A DNA stretch of 64,000 bases, from positions 64,001 to 128,000 of the IMG/VR virus record IMGVR_UViG_3300028591_000073; one strand, 5' to 3'. A program made the position numbers and the translations under genes. The notes beneath the pieces are model-generated. The model ran no database searches. It was not told the DNA's origin and saw nothing but the letters and a program-made list of their open reading frames with translations. Shown here one piece after another: positions 1 through 10,368 of the stretch (positions are counted from its first letter, which is position 1; every line of letters starts with the position of its first letter). The DNA comes from a virus. Lineage: Duplodnaviria > Caudoviricetes.

Positions 1-3000
1 GGTGATGAAAATACATGGACTGTTGTTCCGTATGTCTCCAAAGGTTCTACTGTCATTGAAACGGCAAAGACATTACAATCCATCAATGAGAAATTTGTCT
101 TCACAAATCCATTTGGTGTAAAGATTCAAAAAGATCCATTTGCAATTGCATACTTTAATCCATGGGTGGATTTAGTAGTATTGCCAACACGAGTTCCTTC
201 TGTGGATAAAATTTCTTATAAAGATATCAATACGGAAGATATCTCACGCATTTATCATGCAACACCAATTGATGTGGAGATTTCTCGCACATACAAAGAT
301 GACTATTATCGTGTGCAAACCTATGTGGATTTGTCACAATTAACAACCGTACATGGGGAAGCTTGGGTGAAGCAGTTATTAATCAATGCAACATCCCCAG
401 AAATTAATGAAATCATTTGGACATATTTCAATCGTCCACGTGATATATTTGCAACAGACATTCCATTATTGCCTCATCTGAAATCAGAAGGTGCATTACC
501 ATTTGATCCTGCAAAGACATATCTATGTGTCAGAAATAAATATGTTCGTGATGATGGAAATATTTCTTTGGGAGATGTATGGATTCGTGATGAATCTGTT
601 GTGGATAATGTAAAAGAAATCGATTTGGACATTGCCAACATGGATTACTTGTATGGACATACTGATTTATGGGGCGTGGATGGTACATGTGAAGCTATCG
701 CAGTAACAGGGGATACAAGAATCATATGCTATGGTATGGAATCGATTGATGTACTCAAATTCAACAAATCTGGAACGGCGGATTATTATACATTACAACT
801 GAAAGAGGATATCAGTATTGATGATACCGAAGGACAGAATCGACCCATTAAGATCCTCAGTGCTGTCATCACTGTCGATACGGCATATAAGACTTCTCGT
901 CAAAAGTTTGGTGAAGCTGCCATTTGGAATGTGGGTGAAGCATATCGGACGGTCACATTAAATATCGACCTTTCTTATTCATTTATTGAATACGATGATG
1001 ATGGTGAAGAAATTGATGCAACAGATGGTGGTACACTCCACTATGTATACAATATCCAGAATGCAGTGAATGTATGTTTGCCATATGCAACAAATGCACA
1101 ACCCACACAAACAGCTGGCGTATATCAATTCTCATATCCCGTTACATCAGATGGCAGTGACCAAGGATTCTTGAGTGAAGGTACCATTTTAGCTTATGCA
1201 ACGATGAAAGCATCCCCTTCGTCTAATACAATTGACTATTATCGGATTCCATTCTCTGCTTTCTCCGAAGATGAAGCGATGTTGTATATCAAATCCTCTT
1301 CGGTAGAATTAGAAAAGAATAATTTACGTGTGGTATTACATGCGTATTTGAATGGTGTAGAAACTGGACATGTAGAAATGTTACCAGTACAACGTGAATC
1401 TGACGGTGCATATCTATATCAAGCAGACATGTATCCATTGAATGAAATGTTGGATGTGGATAATATTATTCGTATTGCTTCTTTGGATGTGGGTGGTGGC
1501 AACTGGACTCCTGTTCGCAGTGGTAAGGTTGTCACCATCAATGCCATCGAACCAGAATTGCGTATTTCCATCTTATTCAAATCTGATACAAACCCAGATC
1601 GTATTTCTGATATTGTAACTGGAGATACCTTCACTGGTTATTTATTAAATGATCAATATTATGTACGTGACTTCTCGTTGGTACAAGAGTTGAAAGAGAT
1701 GAGAAGTGTTGTGGATTTCCAAGAATCCAGCATGCCAACAATTGCACAAGTAGATGCTTACAATGAAATGTCGGCATTCTATGATTATAATGTGAATGGT
1801 TCATTATATGATGTTTATACAGTTGCAGAACACCAGATGTTGTATAAAACAAATATGAACAAAACAACACGTGCAGCATTGTCTGTTACATCCAATCATG
1901 TAAAAGAACAATTAGAAACTTTGATTACAGATATCAAAGGTAGAGAAAATGTTTTAACAGATCATGATGTATATTTGTTGGATAAAAACATACAGCCCAT
2001 TTATGATGTATTGGACATTTTAATTGCGGATGAGTATATAGAAAATTTCTCATATCAAGATGATAATATACAAATTGTTTATGTCAAGGAAGTTAAGAAA
2101 ATTGAGGATGTAAATGTAGATGATATTCCTGAAACGGAAAAGAATTATTCTACACTATATGAAGATGAAGATTGCACAATTGAACTCACACCTGTTGAAG
2201 ATGTATATTATGTGATAAAAGAAGATGACGGTCTGGATACGATATTCAAACTTGTAGATGGTACATTGACCAAACAGGATAATGTGATTGTTTGGGAAGA
2301 TATTTATGGAATCCTGTGCAATTACAAAGATATCGTCAATACAGTATTCGAAACATCTAATGTGAATGGTGGAATGACAGTCCAACTCATGCCATTTGTA
2401 GAATATTCTTTGATGAAATCCGACAAATTCAAAGACTTTGTCAAAACCTTCACACAGGTACACAAAGCCATTGAACCGGTGATCTTCAAACGTTTGGAAG
2501 GCAATCATTATCTGGATTGCAAACTAGTCGCCACATATGGTCTACCACACAGCTATTGTTCTGATAAACAATATTATGCAAGTGATGATTTGTTCTGGCC
2601 GGATCTAAATATTCAAATTTCATTTGATGTAAAATTGTACAATCGAGCATTAGCTTCCAATACAAAACAAGAATTAAGATTGATTGTACGTGATTATTTC
2701 AATCGCTTAACCACCGTGCATACACCAAAGCAATTGGTAACGATGAATAATAACATTTACGTTTCTCATATCATTCAACGTATGGAATCACATGATAATG
2801 TGGCATATTTGAAATTCAATGGTTGGTATACGAATGAAAAGAACGATCCAAATGGAAATTATATGGACTCGACGACACAGAGCGTTGTGCAGAGGTGGAG
2901 GCGTTTGGAGGATATGCCAACAAATGAATTAGAACGATATGTTCCGGAGATGTTTGTATTGGATGAAGAAAATATCGAAATTAATATTATTGATGATGAG

Positions 3001-3012
3001 ATTTTAGTATAA
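1..3012 (+). CDS. Large virion structural protein, probably baseplate-wedge-like (5'-truncated)
   Basis: Frame 1 is open from base 1 (GDENTWTVVP...) through the track ORF 166..3012, giving >1000 aa. It is acidic and converges on the tail gene cluster. The baseplate call is an inference from size and context. Confidence 0.5.
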   Translation, partial: GDENTWTVVPYVSKGSTVIETAKTLQSINEKFVFTNPFGVKIQKDPFAIAYFNPWVDLVVLPTRVPSVDKISYKDINTEDISRIYHATPIDVEISRTYKDDYYRVQTYVDLSQLTTVHGEAWVKQLLINATSPEINEIIWTYFNRPRDIFATDIPLLPHLKSEGALPFDPAKTYLCVRNKYVRDDGNISLGDVWIRDESVVDNVKEIDLDIANMDYLYGHTDLWGVDGTCEAIAVTGDTRIICYGMESIDVLKFNKSGTADYYTLQLKEDISIDDTEGQNRPIKILSAVITVDTAYKTSRQKFGEAAIWNVGEAYRTVTLNIDLSYSFIEYDDDGEEIDATDGGTLHYVYNIQNAVNVCLPYATNAQPTQTAGVYQFSYPVTSDGSDQGFLSEGTILAYATMKASPSSNTIDYYRIPFSAFSEDEAMLYIKSSSVELEKNNLRVVLHAYLNGVETGHVEMLPVQRESDGAYLYQADMYPLNEMLDVDNIIRIASLDVGGGNWTPVRSGKVVTINAIEPELRISILFKSDTNPDRISDIVTGDTFTGYLLNDQYYVRDFSLVQELKEMRSVVDFQESSMPTIAQVDAYNEMSAFYDYNVNGSLYDVYTVAEHQMLYKTNMNKTTRAALSVTSNHVKEQLETLITDIKGRENVLTDHDVYLLDKNIQPIYDVLDILIADEYIENFSYQDDNIQIVYVKEVKKIEDVNVDDIPETEKNYSTLYEDEDCTIELTPVEDVYYVIKEDDGLDTIFKLVDGTLTKQDNVIVWEDIYGILCNYKDIVNTVFETSNVNGGMTVQLMPFVEYSLMKSDKFKDFVKTFTQVHKAIEPVIFKRLEGNHYLDCKLVATYGLPHSYCSDKQYYASDDLFWPDLNIQISFDVKLYNRALASNTKQELRLIVRDYFNRLTTVHTPKQLVTMNNNIYVSHIIQRMESHDNVAYLKFNGWYTNEKNDPNGNYMDSTTQSVVQRWRRLEDMPTNELERYVPEMFVLDEENIEINIIDDEILV

Positions 3013-3020
3013 TCAATTGT

Positions 3021-3038
3021 GGGGGCCATATGGCCCCC
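3021..3038. repeat. Perfect GC-rich palindrome with CATATG centre (intergenic family member)
   Basis: GGGGGCCATATGGCCCCC. Relatives at 14729, 21125, 25789, 26592, 34874, 39242, 41609, 44147, 54944, 62374 and 63065. Confidence 0.85.
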
Positions 3039-3044
3039 AATCAT

Positions 3045-6000
3045 TTAATTTATACCATATCCAAGGTGTTCCAAATTGTTCGATCTTGTCAAGGTGTATG
3101 TCTTTTCATTAATCTGTAATGGATTATTGAATGAATTGATTGTTTTAGATTGTACCGTAATTTGCATTGGCAGATAATTCTCTAATGGACGATATCCAAG
3201 TTGAGAAGTTTGTGCACTGGACTTACCATCACGCAATCCAATTACACCTTTATCGTATATATAGCAATATACATTTGCTCCAGTATTTCCAACATTTCCT
3301 GTATTAAAGAATCCATCTGGTTCACCATCTTCCCAACTCTTTGTTTGTAACCATTTGCCAATATCCAATACAATTTTCGGCCGCGTTGTATAATTGGTAC
3401 CATTTGTATTATAACCATATGCTGCTAATAGTAATTGATTTTTGGGATTCTCCGATGTTCCCCAATTCACCGTCTTCAATTGCAATGAAGTAAAACATGA
3501 AGAATATCCATACAATGTGTGAACTGTCGATGGATCATCTTTTGTAATACAATAAATCGCAGATCCATAATTAAATGAATCATTTGTGATGGAGTTGCTA
3601 TTAACTGCCCCGCAATAACACAATACGTCATCATTTGCAACGAAACAAGCATGCCTGTTTGTCGTGGAATCATTAAATCCACCCCATGTTTCCAATAATT
3701 GTGTTAAGGTGCGTTCATTCAAATCATACATCCAAAATGAGTATATATTATTTTTGTCATTCATTCCAATGTAAGCATAATGTGAAAAACCAATTCCACC
3801 ACTATATGTTCCACCGATAAAGTTTGGATCAATTTCAAAAGAATCGATAACTTTTGGATCACCATTTCCATCTATGGGATCTGTCATATCAATCACATTC
3901 CAATGTTGTAATTCCACGCCTTCAGAAATGTCATTATATATCATTTTATTGGATGATCCTTTGATCACAATACCATGTTTTGCATTCTTAATACATGGAG
4001 CATCAGATCCATAATTCTTATTATTTGTATACCAAACATCCCTAATGGTTGTATCCATACCACGATATTTCACCATTGCAACTTTCATATATTTTGCATC
4101 TGGATGTGTGATAACATATGGGGTATATCTTATGCTGATATTGTGTAAGATATTGTGATTCTCGTCATATACAATACCACACCATTCATTTCCACCACTT
4201 GGGCTATATTCGGAATAGAACTGGGTGAAAAACATAACACAATCACCTTGTTCAATTTCAAGATATTCTTCATCTTTCATGATCCATTGATAATTATAAT
4301 AATAATCATGGTCATTATTACAAACAGCTCTCCATTCTGTCGAGTCCGCATATTTACATTCCAACATTAATTTGATATTTGATTCCGTAGTTGGATATTG
4401 CGTTTCCGCATCAATATTAGTATCAAATATGGTAATGCATGCTGGATAATTGGTTAAAGCATTTCCTTCCTCATCAAAATATTCAGTGGAAGTTGAAATG
4501 GAGTTTGTAGATAATATCATAAATCGATGATTATGATCTTCATAAGCATCCACAGTTGGATATTTTGGTCCAAAGAAATGATTCTTTAAAGAACCACAAG
4601 TATTGCCATATCCAGGTATGATGGATTCTTGTGTGATATCTTGAAATGTGATAAACTGACATAATGTATTGTAACTTGCCACTTTATTGAATGGAGAAAG
4701 ACGATATACAATATTCTTACCATTTGCAATTCGAGAATGATATAATGAAACAAACAATTTATCATGTTGAATAAAATATTGCTTATCACATTCCAATGTA
4801 TTTTGGGAACCTCGACCTGGCTCACCTTTCATTTTAATCACATAATTCCCAATTGTAAAGTATTTGTATTCATCATCACCAATCATTTCAATAATATCAT
4901 GGTTTGTAATAGTTAATGCATCATCTTCATCTGTTGTGTCATTGTGTTTTGTCAAATATGTGACATCTGTTTGGGGAATGACTTTGGGTAAACATTCTTC
5001 TTTAAATGTAACATCAATAATACGTTTTTTCAGCTCAGAAGGTGCATACATTACAAAATATTTCTTTTGTACCAAAAGCTGATGATTGGATGGATCTTCT
5101 TGTGTTGACACATCACCAAGATTTACAAATTGAATCCATGTCGATGTATCCCAATATTTATCCGCAGCAAATAATATAATACCCGTTACATTAAATGATG
5201 ATATGATCATTCCAGGATGTATACCATCATAATCAGTATCACCATCTTTATGTGCAAATGGATTAAAGTAACATAATATGTCACGTTTCACACCATCTGG
5301 ACAAATGAAATTATTCAATATGATATTCTCAATAAATGTTCTCCATCCACCATAATAGTATGCTGGTATCGTAATATCGATTGGGATATCACATTCTTTT
5401 GTATCATAATTGAACAAATAAGCTTTTGTGATAGAAGATGGATTTTCAACACATGTGATGGGCATCAATCCATTCTTGTATGATGTATCTGCAACCAATC
5501 CAAATTGGTCACTGATATTGAGATCGATTGTGGTATTACAATAAATTTCAGTCGTAATTTCATCAGCTTCATCCAACTCATCAAACGTAGTTAACCAACA
5601 CCATTTTGAAAAATCGGTGGTATAATTTGTATTATTGGGATACATATCTCCCGAATAAGTATCACCAAATACAAAATGGGAAATAAAACACCATTTATCT
5701 TCCATGAGTCTACGGGATGTTTTAAGTTGATATGTGATTGATACACCATCATCAGTTCCATATGGATTATTATCCCATGGGTACCCTTCACCTTCTTCAG
5801 TTAATTTGTGTTCATAAAAACTACCGTACATGTTCAAATAGGAATAACTGTAACCATCATCGTGCCAGAAATTGGTAATTGGATTTTGATTACTCCATGC
5901 TTTAGCTCTCATATTACCCGAAACAGGAGCGATATAAACTGCAACATTATTCCGGTTATTGCCATTATTATATCCTTGCGGATTTAATAATAAATACTTT

Positions 6001-6917
6001 TTATCTTTCCATAAATCCATGATTAGTTTTTCAGGTGCTACCAACGTGATATAAGTATAAATATATAGTTTTTGATTCTGTCGTTTTTTGATTGGCGCTG
6101 GAGTATTATTATCATCCACTAACAAAAAATGATATGCAAGATTTTTTTTGGAAAAATCCTGTGTATTTCTATTTTCGGCAGGATATAATGAATTACACCA
6201 ATATGAGTTCCAACCAGTACTAGTGTAACATTGAAAATACATATCATCGGTAGTGAATAGTTGAGAACCTCCGGACCCAGACCGCCAGCTACCAAGGCAA
6301 CCACCAATTTCTGTAATATTAAAATACCACGACCCATCGGATGGGTCTTGTTGCCATCTCGTATCAATTGTTTCACTATCAGGTGTTCCACCAGTATGCC
6401 CAGTTACTGATGTTGCAACCAATTCTTGTTGATAATTGAACATGGCTCTACCAACTCGTGCATTCAAATAGATAAAACCATTATCCATCGTATTTCTATC
6501 ATCATATCCAGTTTCAATAATCGATAACATATCTGATCTTGTACATTCACTTGCACGTGCTGCAAATTCATCCATACATTGATCTGTCAACTTTGGAGCA
6601 CCTGTATATGTTGCACCATTATCATTTGTATAACCTGTACCAATCAACAACCATGTGTCTTGATAATAATATGGATTTGATTCATGTAAGTTAGAGCCGA
6701 GCTGACCATTATCTGGACCACTTGTACTCGAGTAATATTTTTGACGAAATCCTCGATTGGTTAATAGATTTGCACCATATCGTTCTTCTGCAATTGTATC
6801 ATCTTCATTTACCGTAATCGCATAATACAAATTATGTCCAATCAAGTTTGGATTCTTCTTTTGAAAATCCAATATCTTTTTATCAACCATTTCATTCGTT
6901 AAATCATGATATTTCAT
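3045..6917 (-). CDS. Virion/tail-associated protein, 1290 aa; paralog of 7507..10362
   Basis: AAGGAG RBS. N-terminus NLYYAITVNEDD..ERYGANLLT matches NLYLARTIDQDG..ETYGMNMMT; C-terminus LPMQITVQSKTINSFNN matches MPIQIKGKTRTISAINN. Confidence 0.6.
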   Translation of the reverse strand: MKYHDLTNEMVDKKILDFQKKNPNLIGHNLYYAITVNEDDTIAEERYGANLLTNRGFRQKYYSSTSGPDNGQLGSNLHESNPYYYQDTWLLIGTGYTNDNGATYTGAPKLTDQCMDEFAARASECTRSDMLSIIETGYDDRNTMDNGFIYLNARVGRAMFNYQQELVATSVTGHTGGTPDSETIDTRWQQDPSDGSWYFNITEIGGCLGSWRSGSGGSQLFTTDDMYFQCYTSTGWNSYWCNSLYPAENRNTQDFSKKNLAYHFLLVDDNNTPAPIKKRQNQKLYIYTYITLVAPEKLIMDLWKDKKYLLLNPQGYNNGNNRNNVAVYIAPVSGNMRAKAWSNQNPITNFWHDDGYSYSYLNMYGSFYEHKLTEEGEGYPWDNNPYGTDDGVSITYQLKTSRRLMEDKWCFISHFVFGDTYSGDMYPNNTNYTTDFSKWCWLTTFDELDEADEITTEIYCNTTIDLNISDQFGLVADTSYKNGLMPITCVENPSSITKAYLFNYDTKECDIPIDITIPAYYYGGWRTFIENIILNNFICPDGVKRDILCYFNPFAHKDGDTDYDGIHPGMIISSFNVTGIILFAADKYWDTSTWIQFVNLGDVSTQEDPSNHQLLVQKKYFVMYAPSELKKRIIDVTFKEECLPKVIPQTDVTYLTKHNDTTDEDDALTITNHDIIEMIGDDEYKYFTIGNYVIKMKGEPGRGSQNTLECDKQYFIQHDKLFVSLYHSRIANGKNIVYRLSPFNKVASYNTLCQFITFQDITQESIIPGYGNTCGSLKNHFFGPKYPTVDAYEDHNHRFMILSTNSISTSTEYFDEEGNALTNYPACITIFDTNIDAETQYPTTESNIKLMLECKYADSTEWRAVCNNDHDYYYNYQWIMKDEEYLEIEQGDCVMFFTQFYSEYSPSGGNEWCGIVYDENHNILHNISIRYTPYVITHPDAKYMKVAMVKYRGMDTTIRDVWYTNNKNYGSDAPCIKNAKHGIVIKGSSNKMIYNDISEGVELQHWNVIDMTDPIDGNGDPKVIDSFEIDPNFIGGTYSGGIGFSHYAYIGMNDKNNIYSFWMYDLNERTLTQLLETWGGFNDSTTNRHACFVANDDVLCYCGAVNSNSITNDSFNYGSAIYCITKDDPSTVHTLYGYSSCFTSLQLKTVNWGTSENPKNQLLLAAYGYNTNGTNYTTRPKIVLDIGKWLQTKSWEDGEPDGFFNTGNVGNTGANVYCYIYDKGVIGLRDGKSSAQTSQLGYRPLENYLPMQITVQSKTINSFNNPLQINEKTYTLTRSNNLEHLGYGIN

Positions 6918-6934
6918 AATACATTCTCCTTTCT

Positions 6935-7492
6935 TTATGTGACATTTGTAACATTGGCAACTACACCACCAAAACTCTTAATTTGTAATGAAGGTGGACC
7001 AGAAGGACTTGTGACAGATTGTTTTGGTTGATATGGTGTTGTTGTGATATTTCCGGTAGACATGTCTGTCAACCCAGTTAAATAGGAATCCACATCTTTT
7101 GCATTTTCAAACTTAGTTGAAAACTTCAAGAATGTCATATTTGTTGATGTAAAACCGGTTAATCCCGTCAGATAATTGGTATCGTGCACATCTCCGGTGC
7201 TTTGTGTGAATCTAATAAAGGTTAAATCTGTTGATGTAAAATTAGTTAATCCTGTCAGATAATCTGTAAGATGTACATCTTCTTCTCTTTCTGAGAATGA
7301 TTCAATTCTTGCAGATTTATTATTTCTCCCAATGTTTGTCACAAATAATGTTCGATCAATAAAGTGTGGGGGTCGCCAGACCCCCGTTACATATAACCCA
7401 CGTATGGTTCTCATATGTTGTCCGGATTCATAATGAGTATTAGAGTTATTTGCATTCTTTAATATTTCTTTTGCATAAAGGATATTAGACAT
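6935..7492 (-). CDS. Hypothetical virion protein with three ~30-aa YLTGLT repeats
   Basis: Repeats DYLTGLTNFTST / NYLTGLTGFTST / SYLTGLTDMST; GGGGTGA RBS; lies within the tail operon. Confidence 0.6.
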   Translation of the reverse strand: MSNILYAKEILKNANNSNTHYESGQHMRTIRGLYVTGVWRPPHFIDRTLFVTNIGRNNKSARIESFSEREEDVHLTDYLTGLTNFTSTDLTFIRFTQSTGDVHDTNYLTGLTGFTSTNMTFLKFSTKFENAKDVDSYLTGLTDMSTGNITTTPYQPKQSVTSPSGPPSLQIKSFGGVVANVTNVT

Positions 7493-7506
7493 ACAATCAC
7501 CCCATC

Positions 7507-10362
7507 TCAGTTTATTACACCAGGTGGATAACCCGGTTTATCTTCATCCCATTCATTTGGTGGAGAATTTGTAAATGTCACATCAAAGGTTTTATCTGAT
7601 AAATGTTTCGTATTATTTATAGCAGATATCGTTCTTGTTTTTCCTTTTATTTGTATCGGCATCATCAATGCAATTGGAATTTGGCGTTTGCCATATATCA
7701 CATTTTCACCATATGTGATATATGATGGATGATTATCGGCTGATGAATAATTATGTTCTAATTCGTAATATATCTTTGAATAGATGGGGTCATATCCAGT
7801 TGGAGGATTGACATATTGTCCAAGATCAATTATGATATGATAGATTTCGCCATAATAGCGATCAGTATAAATATCTCCGATCAATGCCAATGTGTTCCCA
7901 TTCTCGATATATTTTAATTTATAATAAGATCTAATAGCATAACCACTTTTAGAGAATTCAAAATCTCGCAAATCAAATATTGTCGTTTGCATTTCATCAA
8001 TACGATTGAAGTATACATGGGATAGATTAACATCTTGCACATCATATAGCATAATAATATCATTAACAGCAGTAATGCGAGCACGATACAAATTTGCTTT
8101 ATTTGAGAATAAACTAAAGTTATTCAAACATGATTCACCAACAGTGTCTCCAGATGATAAATCCCAATGCCATGTCCACGTAGATCCATTAGACGCCCAT
8201 AAATGATCATTCAATCCCCAAATACATATGATATCTGTCAAAGCAGTTCCGCTACTGTTGGGAGGTTGTAATTCCAATACATCACTGGATTGATCAAAAT
8301 CATATATCTTAATAGAAGGATTTGTTGTATCTGTTGTCAAATAAGCAATTCGTTGATGGTGATTTGTAGATGTTGTTGCACGTGTATCAAAAATAGCACA
8401 TGCAATTTTTGATTGGAACAACTTTTTCACATATGGGTTGACAGAGCCAGGTTCTCTACGTGTTAAATCCAAAACAACACATTCATCAGCACTCAAACTT
8501 TGGAAACAAATCAACCCCGTATTAGATTCTGTTTTGTATGTGTGATTACCCAAGTTCCAATTGTTGATTGTAGTAAATCCTTCAGAAACTCCCATCATTT
8601 GATAGTTGACACTCACAGGAGCTGTAATATCATCAACGCTTGTTAATATGATATGATTTCTTGTAGTACCATATTCTGTTGTCACAATCATTTTTCCATA
8701 ACAGAAATGTTGAATATGATCAGTATTTGGACTTCTTTCCGATAATTTATCACCAGAGATACCAATCTGGTATATCAAACCTGATGTCGGGACATATAGA
8801 AGATTGTTTTTGCAAAAGTATCCTTGATCATGATTTTCACATGACATATGGGATGACATTTCAACAGATTGTGTTCTCAAAGCATATTCATATGTTTTGC
8901 TTTCACCTTCACTTGGAATAAGTGTGAATGGTCGTTTTTGTCGAACTGGCTCCAAAGCAGATGTATTTGAATTTGTGATATAATACCGACATGTTTGCAA
9001 ATTGGATGGTATTGCGAATGGGTTTTCAATACGTGTCCATTTTGCACGATTCCAATATTCATCCGTACCATAAATTGTACCAATCGTTGTATTGTTGAAT
9101 TGTAATATTGGATTTTCTGGATGCAGATTCTGATGAACATATAATTCCACAATCGTATCGTTTATATCAGTTACATAAATTGGACATGCTAGATTAGACT
9201 GCATGGATGTTTCTGTATACCAATAATCAGAATCATTAGTATATGAAATAGGATTGGAATATCCCTCTTGATTTGTGGCATGAAATCGATTATACAACCA
9301 GCAACCTTCACCATTTGCTGGTGTGATGGATAATTGTGTGACTGGAATTTGTGGATCACTTTTCTTTCCAAATAACTTGGAAATCGAATATGGATAGAAG
9401 TTGCCAAAGGTATCATGCATTTCCGATGAGAATTGTTCTGCATCATTTGCACTCAGATATTGTGGTTCAATGACAACGAAACCATTTGTGTGTGAATAAA
9501 ATCCATCGATATACCCTTGGTCATTGGCAGATGAATTCATGATATTAAATGATGTCAAATACCTTGTTCTGGTTTGTGAATGGTTTTTAATTTCTGTATG
9601 CGAAACACTACTAACACTATTTCGACTTACTATTGTATCATATCGACCATATGTGCCAAACGTTGTTTCATCCATGCGATTACCAATGAATCGTTCCAAT
9701 GTTGTCATCACAGGAAACCTTCCATTTGCATATTCATCTGTAATCACATTTGTCTTATAAGACATACATAAGAAAATAGTAATCTCCAATTCTTCATTTG
9801 GAGATTTGGTGATGTAGGTATACCTACCGGTCTTGTCATATACCCAAGAGTGCGTCCATAGATGTTGTAAATCCGTACCAATTCCGTATTCGGTAATTTG
9901 GATTGGTTGACTGATGCCATTAATACTGTATCCAAATTTACATTTACGGAATTTTGCAACACATGTAACGATCCCATTCTCCGGATTCGTCCCGGGAATC
10001 TTATAATAATACATAGGGTATTTGTAATCGATTGTTGTATCTCTTGCATTATCAACGTCATGCTCAGTTGTATCATATGAGAATAATTTATGACCACCTG
10101 TCACATTATCATTGATTTGTGATTGACTTCGGTCTGTACTATTTCCAATATACAAATAGCTTGGCCAATTTGGTTTGGAATTATTTGCAAAATATTGGTT
10201 CATCCCATATTCAGTCATCATATTCATTCCATATGTTTCAGAAGTCACATTTCCATCTTGATCAATTGTTCTCGCAAGATATAAATTTCCAAATCCACCA
10301 TGTGGGGATTTGGCTTTTGCAAATGTCATAATCTTATGATAATCTTCCATCTTTTGATTCAT
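7507..10362 (-). CDS. Virion/tail-associated protein, 951 aa
   Basis: Paralogous termini with the 1290-aa protein; GAGGGGTGA RBS. Confidence 0.6.
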   Translation of the reverse strand: MNQKMEDYHKIMTFAKAKSPHGGFGNLYLARTIDQDGNVTSETYGMNMMTEYGMNQYFANNSKPNWPSYLYIGNSTDRSQSQINDNVTGGHKLFSYDTTEHDVDNARDTTIDYKYPMYYYKIPGTNPENGIVTCVAKFRKCKFGYSINGISQPIQITEYGIGTDLQHLWTHSWVYDKTGRYTYITKSPNEELEITIFLCMSYKTNVITDEYANGRFPVMTTLERFIGNRMDETTFGTYGRYDTIVSRNSVSSVSHTEIKNHSQTRTRYLTSFNIMNSSANDQGYIDGFYSHTNGFVVIEPQYLSANDAEQFSSEMHDTFGNFYPYSISKLFGKKSDPQIPVTQLSITPANGEGCWLYNRFHATNQEGYSNPISYTNDSDYWYTETSMQSNLACPIYVTDINDTIVELYVHQNLHPENPILQFNNTTIGTIYGTDEYWNRAKWTRIENPFAIPSNLQTCRYYITNSNTSALEPVRQKRPFTLIPSEGESKTYEYALRTQSVEMSSHMSCENHDQGYFCKNNLLYVPTSGLIYQIGISGDKLSERSPNTDHIQHFCYGKMIVTTEYGTTRNHIILTSVDDITAPVSVNYQMMGVSEGFTTINNWNLGNHTYKTESNTGLICFQSLSADECVVLDLTRREPGSVNPYVKKLFQSKIACAIFDTRATTSTNHHQRIAYLTTDTTNPSIKIYDFDQSSDVLELQPPNSSGTALTDIICIWGLNDHLWASNGSTWTWHWDLSSGDTVGESCLNNFSLFSNKANLYRARITAVNDIIMLYDVQDVNLSHVYFNRIDEMQTTIFDLRDFEFSKSGYAIRSYYKLKYIENGNTLALIGDIYTDRYYGEIYHIIIDLGQYVNPPTGYDPIYSKIYYELEHNYSSADNHPSYITYGENVIYGKRQIPIALMMPIQIKGKTRTISAINNTKHLSDKTFDVTFTNSPPNEWDEDKPGYPPGVIN

Positions 10363-10368
10363 AATTAA